From Cyanidioschyzon merolae (lineage: Eukaryota): a DNA stretch of 64,000 nt. The stretch is from assembly GCA_000091205.1 (NCBI GenBank), contig AP006498.2; one strand, 5' to 3'. The first letter of the stretch is position 1. Each line of letters starts with the position of its first letter. The position numbers and the translations under genes were made by a program. A model generated the notes under the pieces. It was not told where the DNA came from. It saw only the letters and a list, made by a program, of their open reading frames with translations, and ran no database searches. Of this stretch, positions 21,001 through 30,789 are shown in pieces.

Positions 21001-21196
21001 CGACGCGGTGTGGAAGCGGTGCGGCGGACACAAACGCTCCTTTGCCACTGCGAGATTCCAACCTAGCCTTCGATCGTGCATGCTGATATACACTGGAATC
21101 GTTTCTCAAATCTTTCGCCTGAACGCGTTCGAGCATTGTGGACGCTCGACACGCTCTTCCGGAAACGAATGGCGCCTGACGCCACCGCCAGTTCAC
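17978..21196 (-). CDS. WD40-repeat protein with a C-terminal Utp12-like helical domain (small-subunit processome component, UTP5/WDR43-like).
   Basis: 1072-aa ORF. WD-like blades (LAISPTDRYLAVAAGECLSAYEL; HSSTICCLAFAGPVLLASAALGDTLISLWRL). The C-terminal segment LVIQALDANDNQLLDRALAAVQ...RKLPARAILSLLGALVARF...ALSLWIRAVIRCHAPFLLS...LQSVREAMVALYYAIEEQRRL...LEGRLELI has the spacing of the Utp12 domain. The N-terminal 150 aa are S/A/T-rich low complexity. Confidence 0.55.
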   Translation of the reverse strand: MNWRWRQAPFVSGRACRASTMLERVQAKDLRNDSSVYQHARSKARLESRSGKGAFVSAAPLPHRVGPCGTLNNLRQGQYVQVIALRTPAVEEPARNLSLRNSKRRRESEATSEASIPHWPAACTCMAWSDGRLIVYAHDRVPSVEGNGDGASLSESPGCILVGKWRDDPSLSPDLSLAAMNQLGAGPFLGRITALQCSFDESNEFEPAKRQRSHVVDPSPAANAEQLNRFPAAPEQGYPQARTRLLIVVGYESGALRLFTVDISRCVDLNASQRRQTKTGSEIDLALTLELCDVCRLPGRIESLVVSAHSPRQEEYLRGGCLQHVYAVCRDSDPIVWALQVRRSSDRTVDGQCNAVYCWSDTQHHRRLRIMHTRGTSLQALAISPTDRYLAVAAGECLSAYELPRWCADAREPGASRDVEVERIWRFTGHSSTICCLAFAGPVLLASAALGDTLISLWRLDQENSSALHSENANFIESPPWRSVLCHAVNSAPASVVQLVAAEHSPEARLPSMKRAADTSRTTNGICSSGTATDHALDEHPVGRDAVSPRASNAADADSARIAMDASPETFLLAVLGDGSAQLFGVKERLSTPGQVSAMKAGEKRSTVLHPLLILQPQEPCFSGASVMRWVNNAGEQQLGFALFYGSLQQPKIVFVPRKLWSQDAPTMNGSESGAAPVISLQNDALSKVEHQRSSNVARANSNPISSDSVHTNENTPVLNGARANHSGGILGYAQLPVEASAPSDSERKKHALDTQTMPPSLSLTSSVVADGADGVCTSIQRIPGNDEHGAAANVGMKLNAVEAASHQKTALLPEPVDPAASSANIMAGNELLSLAEQLSYVQQQASVASAPELFNKSSGERPLAVDTVATLIVQALDANDNQLLDRALAAVQTAAGASRTVRKLPARAILSLLGALVARFCSHSVRAPALSLWIRAVIRCHAPFLLSQRDARLPQHGANLQSVREAMVALYYAIEEQRRLREALVRLEGRLELIMAFAQSVSFSGQPQPQQPVSKLRRIIRERPVHVQAQTADEEVASVADTTSSTSTTSSSSPDASDSSGNSSSEESSAL

Positions 21197-21439
21197 GAGT
21201 AGATCAGATGGCTCCCAAGAGCAGGAGTCCTTCCTAGAATCGACTCACGTTGTTTCAGGTTCTAAAAGAGAAAAAGGACACAACACACACTAGAGCGCTT
21301 CACCACGAGAGCTCGTTCTACAGATCCCTCTGTTAGCGCAAGCAGTAGCACGGCGATACCGTAGTCCGTAGCAGGCACGCTGGCAGGGCCGACGTCGTGC
21401 CCTCCGGCACGCACCACGACTCCGGGTGTCCGTCGATCG

Positions 21440-24400
21440 CCGGCGGCGGCGGCAGCGGGTGCAATTCGTTTTGTTTTCGATGACAGAAGGCGTTTCCATG
21501 GATCAGGGGATCCCAGATTGCCGGATGGACGGGTATTGGCATTCGGGAATGCGTCCAGGATGCTGCAGCCTATCTCCAAGTTCCATTGCTTGTACTTTCT
21601 CTCGGAAATACTGGTTGTTCTGTGGGTTCTATCGTGAACAGAGTGCCTGCGTCGCTGCTCCCGCCGTAGCGTCTATATCGCTGGAGTGGATGCAGCACGG
21701 AGATAGAGCTGTGCTTTGTCGTACCACTGAGGGTATCTGTTCGAGGAACGCTTCACCTGAAACGGTGTCGGGATACATAGTGAGTTTGGGAGCCAGAAAT
21801 CTGTCCAGACAAGCCTAGTGCCTGCGACAGCTCGAATTGATATTCTGGGCGTCCACTGCGACCCGGGCGACGCCCAGATGCAGCGGAACTGCCCCGAGTC
21901 TCAGAGTCAACTGCGTTGCGTACGAGTTGCTCAGATCTCGCTAGAGCACCGGGCACGGAGGAGAGCATGGAGCACGAGCCTGGCAGACTCGCGCGGCTTG
22001 CAGGATCTGCCACCTATACGGTAAACTGTCGACAATATGGAGACATTTTCCCGCTTTTAACGTTTATCTCAGAGGACGAAAGAAATCGTTGTATCGTTGC
22101 TAGTTGGTGAATCGTTTTTGCTCTTTGTTTGCATAGCGCGGTCGATACGCGCACCTCCATATCTGGTAGTCACGAGATGCGCCTTGCATGTGGCAGTTGA
22201 AGGGAAACGCGAGACTGACCATTTTTTGACGTTTTGTTTTACTGTACAAGTCGCATTTGCGTTGAGCGCATAGCAAATTATAGTGTTTCATCTCAGTTGT
22301 GTTTTTACCTCCAAGCAAGTCTATTCAAGTGATTTTTTTGCGGTTTATAACTCAAGCGTTCAATGAGCGTTTTTTTTCAAAAATTAAAAAAAAAAAAGCA
22401 AGTATGGAGAAGGATGGTGAGGATCCTGGAGGCCTGGTATCACCGCTTGGCAGAAAAAAAAGCGAAAAACAGCGCCAAACAAAGAGGAACAGGAGAAGAC
22501 GAAAGAGCAGACGGTGGAGGCGTGACGTCATAAGCTGCGAGAAAGATGACAGTGCGACGAGATGGTAGTGAAAGCCTGCCTCCTTGGTCATATCAAGGAA
22601 CCGTACAGGCAAAAGTTGCTAGAGCCCATCAGAAATCATGTCAATTCGTAGTCCGCGAGCATTACAAAAGCCTTCTTCACGACTGAGGTACTTGGAAAAA
22701 TAGATGCATCGCGACGTTACATACATCGAAGCAGTCGAGGATACGGAAAAAGCTTTGAGCAAGGCCTTCATCCACCACTTCACGATTGGCACGGAGACAA
22801 TGTCGGGGAGCAATGAGCGAGTTCACGTCCTCCGGGAAAATTACGCCAAATATCGCTTCAACGGTACTCGATACAGGTGTGATGCGGATATTTGCACCTA
22901 CGGGGCGATCAAGTACCTCACGAGCCTGAAGAACCAAAGGACCATCAACCTCGAACATTTCATGGTGCGCTCCATCTTTACACTCCACCAGGGGCCTGTC
23001 TGGAAAAGAGAGCTAGGCTATTATAGATGGCATCACGAACGATCCCCATCATGAAGATGAGATCGAATTTGTCGACATGAAGACATCACGCATGAGAAAG
23101 AGTGAGGCTTCTGCGATCCGTACGGCAGCACCGGAGCACTGTTCGGTTCTGGGGCTGGCGAATCCAGCAGAAAACTGATCAAATGTTAAAAAAGATGTAG
23201 AAAGATGTTATCCCCGTATCAAGCGGTATTTCGTGTTCCTAAATCGAGAACTCGACCGTAAGGCCGAAAACAGCTGAATATGGAAAAAATGAAGAGTCGG
23301 AGAGACGCAAGGCTGTCCTGATGGGGAAGCGCTTCAATATCGTCACGTTGTGCAATATCAAGTCACATCTTGTGACAATCGACTCCAGAATCCTTTACGG
23401 CATCATGAAGGAGATCAGTCCATAGTTCGATGTAAGGAAGATATGGTTCACCTGCGAAAACCGAGAGACGCACCGGAAGAGTATCTTCGACTTCAAACGT
23501 CTCAAACGAGGAAGGAAAAGCCATCCATGGGGACGATCGAAAGCGATGGGGTAGCCATGTATGTACACTATCGGCGGTTGGAGGCGGATCGTTCTGTTCT
23601 GTCCTCGGGTTCGCCCTCTGCGAAATATGAACATTAGAAGGAGGTGGATCCCGCGACGCAGAAAGTGCATGAGAACGACTTTGTCTTTGGTGCGAACCCC
23701 GGGGGTACGAATATCATAACGATCGCAGTACCCAAGCGTGCGGAAGATGGTGTTGACGGCGATTTACGTCAGAGAGACATGCGTGTTTCGAGGTTCTCGA
23801 GAGCAATATACTATCGAGAATCCGGTAAAATGAATGCGAGGAAGAAAATTGAGACACGGAATGCAGGAGTGAAAGAGCACCTGGATGCTTTGAGCGAGGT
23901 GACGAGCCGCGGAGCGGACTGGCAAGCTTTTCGGGAGTTCATGGAAGTTCGCGTTGCTCGCTGGGAGGCGCTGTGGGAGGAGTGTACAAAGCCCCGATGG
24001 GCTCGTTTGCGTATGAATTTGTAGTATGGGACACAGCGCGCGTTCGCGAACTTTTTGAATGAGTTGAGAGCCCTGAAGGAGGATGAAAATCAGAGGCTCG
24101 TATTAGCGTACGGAGCAGAGCGATGGACATCGAGAAAAGGATGTATGCCAGCTCCAACGACAACAACGTACAAGGAGTGTGCGCGGCGTTTCATTACGAT
24201 ACATGTAGATGAGTTCCGAACGTCCTATACACACCATGAACTGGGGTGTACACTTCAGAGGGTCGAGATGGAAAAGTGCCAGCGGAGCCCTGAGGATATC
24301 AAAGAGTACGGAGTGCTGACGGAAGAGCAAATGGAAATGAAGGCGAAAGTTCGAGGGTTACTTGCACTAGTGAGTACAACTACCAACGGCAAGAAACGGA

Positions 24401-24635
24401 TGGAGTTTGTGAATCGTGAATTTAATGCTGCTATCAATAAAAGATGTGCGGTGATCGAGAAAAGACCTCCAGAGTTGACACGAAGGAATTTTGTTGGACA
24501 ACCTCTTGAGGTGGGATTATATGAGAAAAAGTTGAAACCAGTAGTAGGTGGCCGGTCCAAAAAGACTGAGAGGCATCTGTACATCAGTTCGAGACGTTTT
24601 ATCTAGTGCGGGCCGTTCGCCTCCCCTGTGCACTG
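21440..24635 (+). mobile_element. Copy B of the TnpB/Fanzor-like element, about 3.2 kb and the most complete copy. The right end is at CACTG, 24631..24635.
   Basis: Collinear homology to copy A across the whole length: a non-coding left part (21440..22400), a basic NLS-like ORF, then N-terminal, middle and RuvC regions. The 29 nt after the stop codon are conserved with copies A, C and D. Confidence 0.6.
22400..24606 (+). pseudogene. Decayed TnpB/Fanzor-like RuvC nuclease gene, copy B. The RuvC half (23644..24606) is in one frame broken by a single in-frame TAG at 24022; there are upstream frameshifts near 22568/22704 and 23054.
   Basis: Basic N-terminus MEKDGEDPGG...GRKKSEKQRQTKRNRRRRKSRRWRR. 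RuvC-I-like [23 protein letters not shown], in which the catalytic Asp is replaced. ...HVDEFRTSYTHHELGC... and the RuvC-III signature EFVNREFNAAINK. The tail KLKPVVGGRSKKTERHLYISSRRFI is followed by TAG at 24604..24606. Confidence 0.65.
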
Positions 24636-24953
24636 CCGGCGGCAGCGTGTCCATCTCACCAGTGTTCCTTCACCGCGCACTGAAAAACAAACAAAAAAGA
24701 GAAAAAAAAGCGCACAGATGGAGAACGCTGGCCTATGGAAACGATTTGTCCATTAATTACCAGACCGCATTCGTTTATTCTGTATGAATTCATACATAAA
24801 TGTACTAAAAGGACAGTGCGCGGCGTGACTGCCGTCGCGCACGCAGCTCTACGTGCAGCGCATTGGCACACAACTGCAGTTCCCCTAGTTGTACGATACG
24901 GCCTGTTGCCGCTGGACCCCGCAGCTTGCACAGCACACTGGTGACACGTCGAA

Positions 24954-25385
24954 ATGCCTGATACCAGGATCACGCTCCGAAAGAGAAGACCATACGCGAC
25001 GAAATCGAATAAGATTCGGAAAGTGAAGACTCCAGGTGGGATCCTCAGAGTGCACTACCTGAAGAAGCGAACCAAAGCACCGCGTTGCGGCGATACCGGA
25101 ACAAAGCTGAACGGAGTTCCCGTGCGGAGGCCGCGTGAACTTGCACGCCTCTCAAAACCGAAGAAAAGCGTATCTCGCGCATATGGAGGAGTACTCTGCG
25201 GTAATGCTGTGCGGGATAGGATTCATCGAGCGTTTTTAATCGAAGAGTCGAGAGCCGTGAAGCAAAGGCTTCGGCAACAGGAAGCGATCGCCCGGCAAAC
25301 CAAAACAGCGGCTGAACGGGAAGAATCCCGGAAGAAAAAGTCGAAGAAGAGCGGAGCAAGTGCAAGCACTGTCAAAAAGGCATAG
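24954..25385 (+). CDS. RPL34: 60S ribosomal protein eL34 (L34e).
   Basis: RITLRKRRPYATKSNKIRKVKTPGG ... KAPRCGDTG ... LNGVP...RPREL.RLSKPKKSVSRAYGGVLCGNAVRDRIHRAFLIEE matches eL34 ([26 protein letters not shown]...KAPKSACG...[40 protein letters not shown]). Confidence 0.9.
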   Translation: MPDTRITLRKRRPYATKSNKIRKVKTPGGILRVHYLKKRTKAPRCGDTGTKLNGVPVRRPRELARLSKPKKSVSRAYGGVLCGNAVRDRIHRAFLIEESRAVKQRLRQQEAIARQTKTAAEREESRKKKSKKSGASASTVKKA

Positions 25386-25390
25386 GGCCC

Positions 25391-26431
25391 TCAAGCAGCT
25401 GACGAAGAGGACGCGCTTGACTCGCGTTGGAGCCGTCGAGCCTCGCGTCGGGCCGCGACTCGCTCTTTGAGCTGGTCACCGCCGAATACCATGACCGAGG
25501 TCAAGTACACGCTGAGACCGATCCGTGGCGTCACACCCCGATAGAAACCACGGATCCCGTTCCGTTGATAAATCCACCGTGCAACGCTCCACATATTTAC
25601 CGGGCGATTCTGTGGCCAGTCTTCCCTTTTCATGGCAGATTGCATCTCCACGCGAATCACCTCGATTGGTTGATTCCAGCAGGCCAGCGCTCCACCTATG
25701 ACACTGCTTGCCAGACGTTCTGAGGTAGTCAGCGCTCGCTCTGGATCGTTGCGGCGAAAAATCCACTCGGTGGCCCTGCTGAGGCCGAAGCGACTGCCCC
25801 AGTTCGTGAGTTGACGAAGCGCTACGGCATTCACCCCTCGGTACATGCCCGCGATGCCGTCACGTTTGAGAATGTCAAAAGCGACTTGCCAGGTGCTCAT
25901 GTCCTTGCCAGGCCCTGAGCGCGATCGCGTTACTTCCACGGTCTTCATGAAGGTACAAAATCCCATGGTCGTGTAGGCCTGGCAAACACCTCCGGCCATA
26001 CCGCCAACAGCAGCTGACCAGCCCGGCGACAGGCCCATAACATGTTGCGCGTAAAACGTTGTCTCGGTCTGGGTCAAGAGCAGAACAGCACCTTTTGTTG
26101 CTGCCTCGATCCAGGCCCACGGAACGAGTCCCGTCCAAAAAGCAGCAAGTCCGCCTCTAGCGTACAGTTTCCGAACCGCCTCTAACAACGTGTCGTTCCG
26201 ATTTGCAGCGAGGTGGGTTTTAATGACTTCAAACGGTTGCCCCAGAGTCGTCACCTCGAAAAGCTGCAGCGCGGCGCCCAGACCGAGGTTTGTCCAGTCG
26301 ATGGGCTTTCGGCTGGGCTTCCTTGATTCCAGCCTCGATTCCTCGGCTGCCTTGGTGCCAACAACCTGCAGAGAACTGAGATCAGGCATCACGTTGCCCG
26401 CGGGGCGCACCGCCTCTGCTGCTCCGAGCAC
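25391..26431 (-). CDS. Mitochondrial carrier family (SLC25-like) protein.
   Basis: Three tandem carrier repeats with PFEVIKTHL (Px[DE]xx[KR]) and basic-G motifs (GMYRGVNAVALRQ; GFYRGVTPRIGLSV). 346 aa. Its stop codon lies 5 bp from the RPL34 stop on the opposite strand. Confidence 0.75.
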   Translation of the reverse strand: MLGAAEAVRPAGNVMPDLSSLQVVGTKAAEESRLESRKPSRKPIDWTNLGLGAALQLFEVTTLGQPFEVIKTHLAANRNDTLLEAVRKLYARGGLAAFWTGLVPWAWIEAATKGAVLLLTQTETTFYAQHVMGLSPGWSAAVGGMAGGVCQAYTTMGFCTFMKTVEVTRSRSGPGKDMSTWQVAFDILKRDGIAGMYRGVNAVALRQLTNWGSRFGLSRATEWIFRRNDPERALTTSERLASSVIGGALACWNQPIEVIRVEMQSAMKREDWPQNRPVNMWSVARWIYQRNGIRGFYRGVTPRIGLSVYLTSVMVFGGDQLKERVAARREARRLQRESSASSSSAA

Positions 26432-27904
26432 GATCGCAACGCCTACTGGTTACCGACCCCAGTGCGCACGAACGAAAAGCGGGTCCGTTCAACTCGGCGA
26501 AACACGTTGCTGACCCCGAGGCTCTGTTACTCCAGCTAACTGCTAACGACAGCAGCGGTTACCTACGCTGTCCCCAGGTGCCGAAAACACGACTCTTCTT
26601 GCAGCCTGCCGCTGTATAGCCAGCGTTTGGCATTCCATCTATGCTCTCATCGATGGCAATCGACGGTGGCTGGTGCAGCGTCGGGAACGCGCCTGGTAGT
26701 GCCCGCGCTGCGCTTTCCTCCTGAACGTGTGCGGTTTCGACGCACGACTATCCCGAGACTCGTTTGGTCGTGCGGCAAGTCTCTGCAACCAGAGCGCCTA
26801 GCCATGTGAAGCTTTAAGGATCGCTTTTTGCTATAACCTGGTAGATGTTGCGCGCCGTAGGATGGCCTTCATCGGGAGACTGCTGCCCGGCACAGACAGG
26901 AAGCGCAAATTCATGAACAGCTGCATGAGCCGAATTCCGAGCTCCATTCACCTCGTTTGTACGCTGTACAGTTGGTATATTCAATCGGCACCCGCCTGCT
27001 CCAGATTCACAAAAGTTATCGCGTAGTATACAAGAGACCTCAGTCACTCTGGATACGATTCTGCGTTTTTGTGGTCTCCAGAGCACTCTGTCTTTGTGGA
27101 AACCATTCTACAGTCATTTTAAAACACAATGGAACTCGCTTTTTTTGCGACTATTTGATTATCCTCTCATACCTCCGACGCTTACAACGGCGGTCGTTTC
27201 TTTCCATCTGCTTCCATTGCCAACCTTCAACGGGTGTTGATTGCAGCGGTCAACTCCCAAATGCGCTGCTTTCGCTTGGTTTCAACGCATTTCATGCATA
27301 TGTGAAAGCCAGAATCTACGCTCTTTTTGCAATTTTCATATTCTTTATATACATATTCAGTGCGTCTTCCGCAACGCTGACACATAGCACGGGTCAAGTG
27401 TTTCTATACGATCATCACATTTGCTCTACCGAGGGCTGCTCTGTGCCGCGTCGAGGCTTGCTCCACTGCCGCGCCCTCGAATGGCCATGAAACAGGACAA
27501 TAGAAAAATTGGAGCATGTGTGATTTGAGTGTGCCAAATCCAAGGAAAGGCGAAGGGCGGAGGTTTCCACTTATGAAGCTCATAATGATATCGGTCATTT
27601 TACGAAACCCCCTTCGCGGGCATTGCGACTCATCCTAATTTCGGGAATGTAACGAATTCTAGAGGCAAGGCGTCGAACGGGCCCTTTTGAAACGACAACA
27701 CGGAATCCTATACTCAGGCATGAATCCGTAAGCCGTTATTGCTGCATGTTGAATATCGACGCTGTACATCTCAGTAAACGCTCGGAAAATATCGCAAGAC
27801 AGGAACAGCGCTTACAGTTCAGTGTTTCATTTTAACCTGACGCGAGTGTTGGTCCAGCGGTGTTTTCGGCGCTGAGCCAATGCTGGGCATTTACTGCCAC
27901 TCTG

Positions 27905-27958
27905 GATACATTGCTTTTGTTATTGTTATTGTTATTGTTATTGTTGTTGCTGCTGCTG
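27905..27958. repeat. (TTG/TTA)n then (TGC)n trinucleotide microsatellite.
   Basis: tttgttattgttattgttattgttattgttgttgctgctgctgc. Confidence 0.85.
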
Positions 27959-28577
27959 CAGATGTCACAGACACGCAGAACGGTATGGCATCGCTTTGAT
28001 GGGCATCGGCCCTGGGAACACATCTCTAATGAATATGCAGCCTGCAACAGAGGTTCTCCTGCGCAAACAGACGCACCTTTACCGAGGCCGCTCTCGCTAT
28101 CTCCCGGCGCTGAAGCCGTGTGACAATCACCGATCGCAACTACAGACCAGTGAGAGTCACACCAGCGATGCTGACGCCAAGCGTGCTTTACCTAGACATG
28201 ATGCGCTTTGAGCGGCAAAACTCTATGCAGTGAAGTTGCCGCTTTTGGTCGTCTGTCCAGTCGTGTAGGCACATTCGCCAGCGAAAGGCTGCACAGGTCG
28301 ATGCACGTTCTAGCGCTGCCCGTGCAATTCACGGTGCCCTGACCCAGCAGCGTACTTAGCGCCATGCCCACAGTGTTCATGTACGGAGGTGTGCAAGCTC
28401 TTGTCCCAAAGTGTCATGTGAGCGACCCGGGCATTCGAATCAAATGCGGAACACATGGTGCCAGCACCTGTCCAAGGCTAAAGAAGATGGCGTCGAGTAC
28501 ATTCCGGGCCCAGTTCCAGGGAACAGCAGTGCCCAAAAGGAAGAGTTTGCGTGTGACGCGCATTCCGGCTTTTTTAT

Positions 28578-29627
28578 TCACACATCCACTTCATCTGAGG
28601 ATGTGTCCAATTCGACGCTGATGGGGATGATCTCTCCGTCTTCCTCGGCATCGGTGCGCTCCTCGGAGTGAAAGTCTTCACTGAAAAGCGATGCCTCAGC
28701 GCCGGGCTCTAGGTCCCATTCACTATCATCCGGAAAGACGGATGCATCATTTTCGCCTTCCCTTGTTGCTCCTGTTGGAAGCGGTTTTGATGTCCCTGGC
28801 GACGTTCTCGCATCCAGCTGCTGTGCGCCAAGTACTCGGTCCACGTCGACAGCCTCGCCACGGCCCCAGAGGGTATCCATGTCGTAGTAGGAACGCGCCT
28901 CTGGCGACATAATATTCACAATAACCTCACCGTAATCTATGGTGACCCAACCGCTCTGACCGGGGGGTGAAGCGTTCACTCCCCGGAACGATGCAGAAAG
29001 TGGCTTGCGAGAGAGGACCTCCGCGACCCGCTCCTCAATGCGACGGGCTATGGCCGAGATCTGGGTGCGACTCAGACCAGTCGCAAACACAAAGAAACTC
29101 GTGACATACGTGAGATGGCTCACACGTATCGCAGTGAGCTCCTGTGCTTTGCGCTCATCCGCTGCCTCCAGACATACCCTTACGAGCGGCATACTGGGGT
29201 CCTCGTACACCGACGTTCGGTTACGTTCTGGAACAGTCCGCGACACAGCGTGCGAAGCGAGGCGCCGCCGCATCCTGCGGCCGCTCGCTGGACGCTCCTC
29301 ACTAGAGTTTGACAGTAACGTCGCCAGGGCTGGTGCCTCATTCCGGGGCCGCCTTCGGACAGAGACCCGGCCGACTGGAAGCCTCGTCGTGTGCACAAAG
29401 CCTCCGACGCTGACCTGGGGCGGCCACCAACTCTGCCCGCTCGCAGTGGCTTTCGCCTGCTCTCCCAAAGCCGGACTCGTTGCCGTTCGGGAACCTCGCG
29501 AAGTGTTGAACACCCCGAACCCACCGAATGTAACGTGATGCTCCGACCCACAAACGCCCTCGTTGATGATCCTTCTCCGTGCGTCACGGTTTGTCGCACT
29601 CCAGCACGACGCTTTAACAAAGGCCAT
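28578..29627 (-). CDS. Iojap/RsfS (DUF143) ribosomal silencing factor homolog with an N-terminal presequence and an acidic C-terminal tail. It is probably targeted to an organelle.
   Basis: VCLEAADERKAQELTAIRVSHLTYVTSFFVFATGLSRTQISAIARRIEERV ... GWVTIDYGEVIVNIMSPEARSYYDMDTLWG matches the RsfS core (LEAAD.KKA.DI..LDV......DYFVIATG.S.RQV.AIAD.IEE......EG...WVLLDYGDVVVHVF..E.RE.YDLE.LW). Confidence 0.78.
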   Translation of the reverse strand: MAFVKASCWSATNRDARRRIINEGVCGSEHHVTFGGFGVFNTSRGSRTATSPALGEQAKATASGQSWWPPQVSVGGFVHTTRLPVGRVSVRRRPRNEAPALATLLSNSSEERPASGRRMRRRLASHAVSRTVPERNRTSVYEDPSMPLVRVCLEAADERKAQELTAIRVSHLTYVTSFFVFATGLSRTQISAIARRIEERVAEVLSRKPLSASFRGVNASPPGQSGWVTIDYGEVIVNIMSPEARSYYDMDTLWGRGEAVDVDRVLGAQQLDARTSPGTSKPLPTGATREGENDASVFPDDSEWDLEPGAEASLFSEDFHSEERTDAEEDGEIIPISVELDTSSDEVDV

Positions 29628-29659
29628 TTTCAGTACAGCCGCATGAAACTACAGCCTGC

Positions 29660-29930
29660 AAGTCAGCGAGAGGTGCCAGCAACAACGACCGTGCACGCAC
29701 GCGCTCTCACGCGGTAGCAAGTGAGGGTACGTGTTCACACAGATTCCAACGGATCCACAGGTACGCTTTATGGGGGAAAACGGCAGCGGGAGGCAAGTCG
29801 CTGCTGCTCCAAAAGAGTCACTTCGATGCCCTTAAGCAGAAATGACAATTAGATGCAAGTCGCCACTACTGTAACTGATTCACTGCGACGTCCTACGCGG
29901 AAACGACAGTTAGTAGCAAGTCGATACTGC
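29660..29930. repeat. Degenerate direct repeats of roughly 55-75 bp, each containing (A/T)GCAAGT(C/G), five times, in the promoter region of the Iojap gene. One unit carries an 18-mer matching the transposon right end.
   Basis: ctgcaagtcagcg (29666), tagcaagtgaggg (29727), ggcaagtcgctgctgctcc (29803), tgcaagtcgccactactgtaactg (29857), agcaagtcgatactgctac (29913). Confidence 0.5.
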
Positions 29931-30789
29931 TACAACACCGTCACTATACTGTTCTATGCAGTACCGATGAACGCAGATAGATTCCCGCGGCGAGTATAGG
30001 CGCCGCCAAGCGCCTGCGACGCAAGCGGCGCTCCCTCGCCGCCGCCCTCTGAATGGAAGCAGCAGGCGCGCGTCGGCGTCTGTCATGCTGGATGCGGCAG
30101 TCGTGCGATATAAAAAGTTACTCAACGCGATCGAGTGTATCCAGTGGCGCAAGGGGCGTCGTCGAATCGTGTCGAACACAACTGCAGCTCTGCCAGAGAG
30201 ACCGATGCACTATCGTGGTGATTCGTCGCACAAAGGATCGAAAAGCGCTTTGTCTGAGCAACAAACCTTCATTCCCATAGAGTACACGAGCCGCTCAGCC
30301 GTCGCCGCGCGAGGATTCCGCCACAATCATCCATCGTATTAAACTGAGACAATACGCACAATTATAGACTTCCGCTGGCGTCTCGGCTACGGCCCTGCGC
30401 ACCGTTTCGTGTGGCGCCTTCGCTGAGCGACCGCCAATGCTGCAGACCCAGACTAGCGTGTTTGCTGAAGGACTAGCGTATCCTGTTCGCACAGGAAAGC
30501 AGGCTGCTTCGGGTGCAGAAGCGACCGGGACAAGCATCGCTTCAACGGGTGTTCATGTAGCTGGCAGTAACGTGTCGCTTAGATTGAATGCTTGCGAGGA
30601 CGCAGGGATGCGGCATTCAACAGCCTCATGGAGTACGCTGTTGTCGTGCAGGCCAAACGCGTCGCACCGTGCAACGAGCATAATGGAACTGGGCTCGGAT
30701 TTCGATCGCTGCTGCATCGGTTCGGCTGCGCTCGGGGAGTTGTTAACGGACTTAGGGAGGCGGGCACGCCTTCGTATGCCACACATCCA

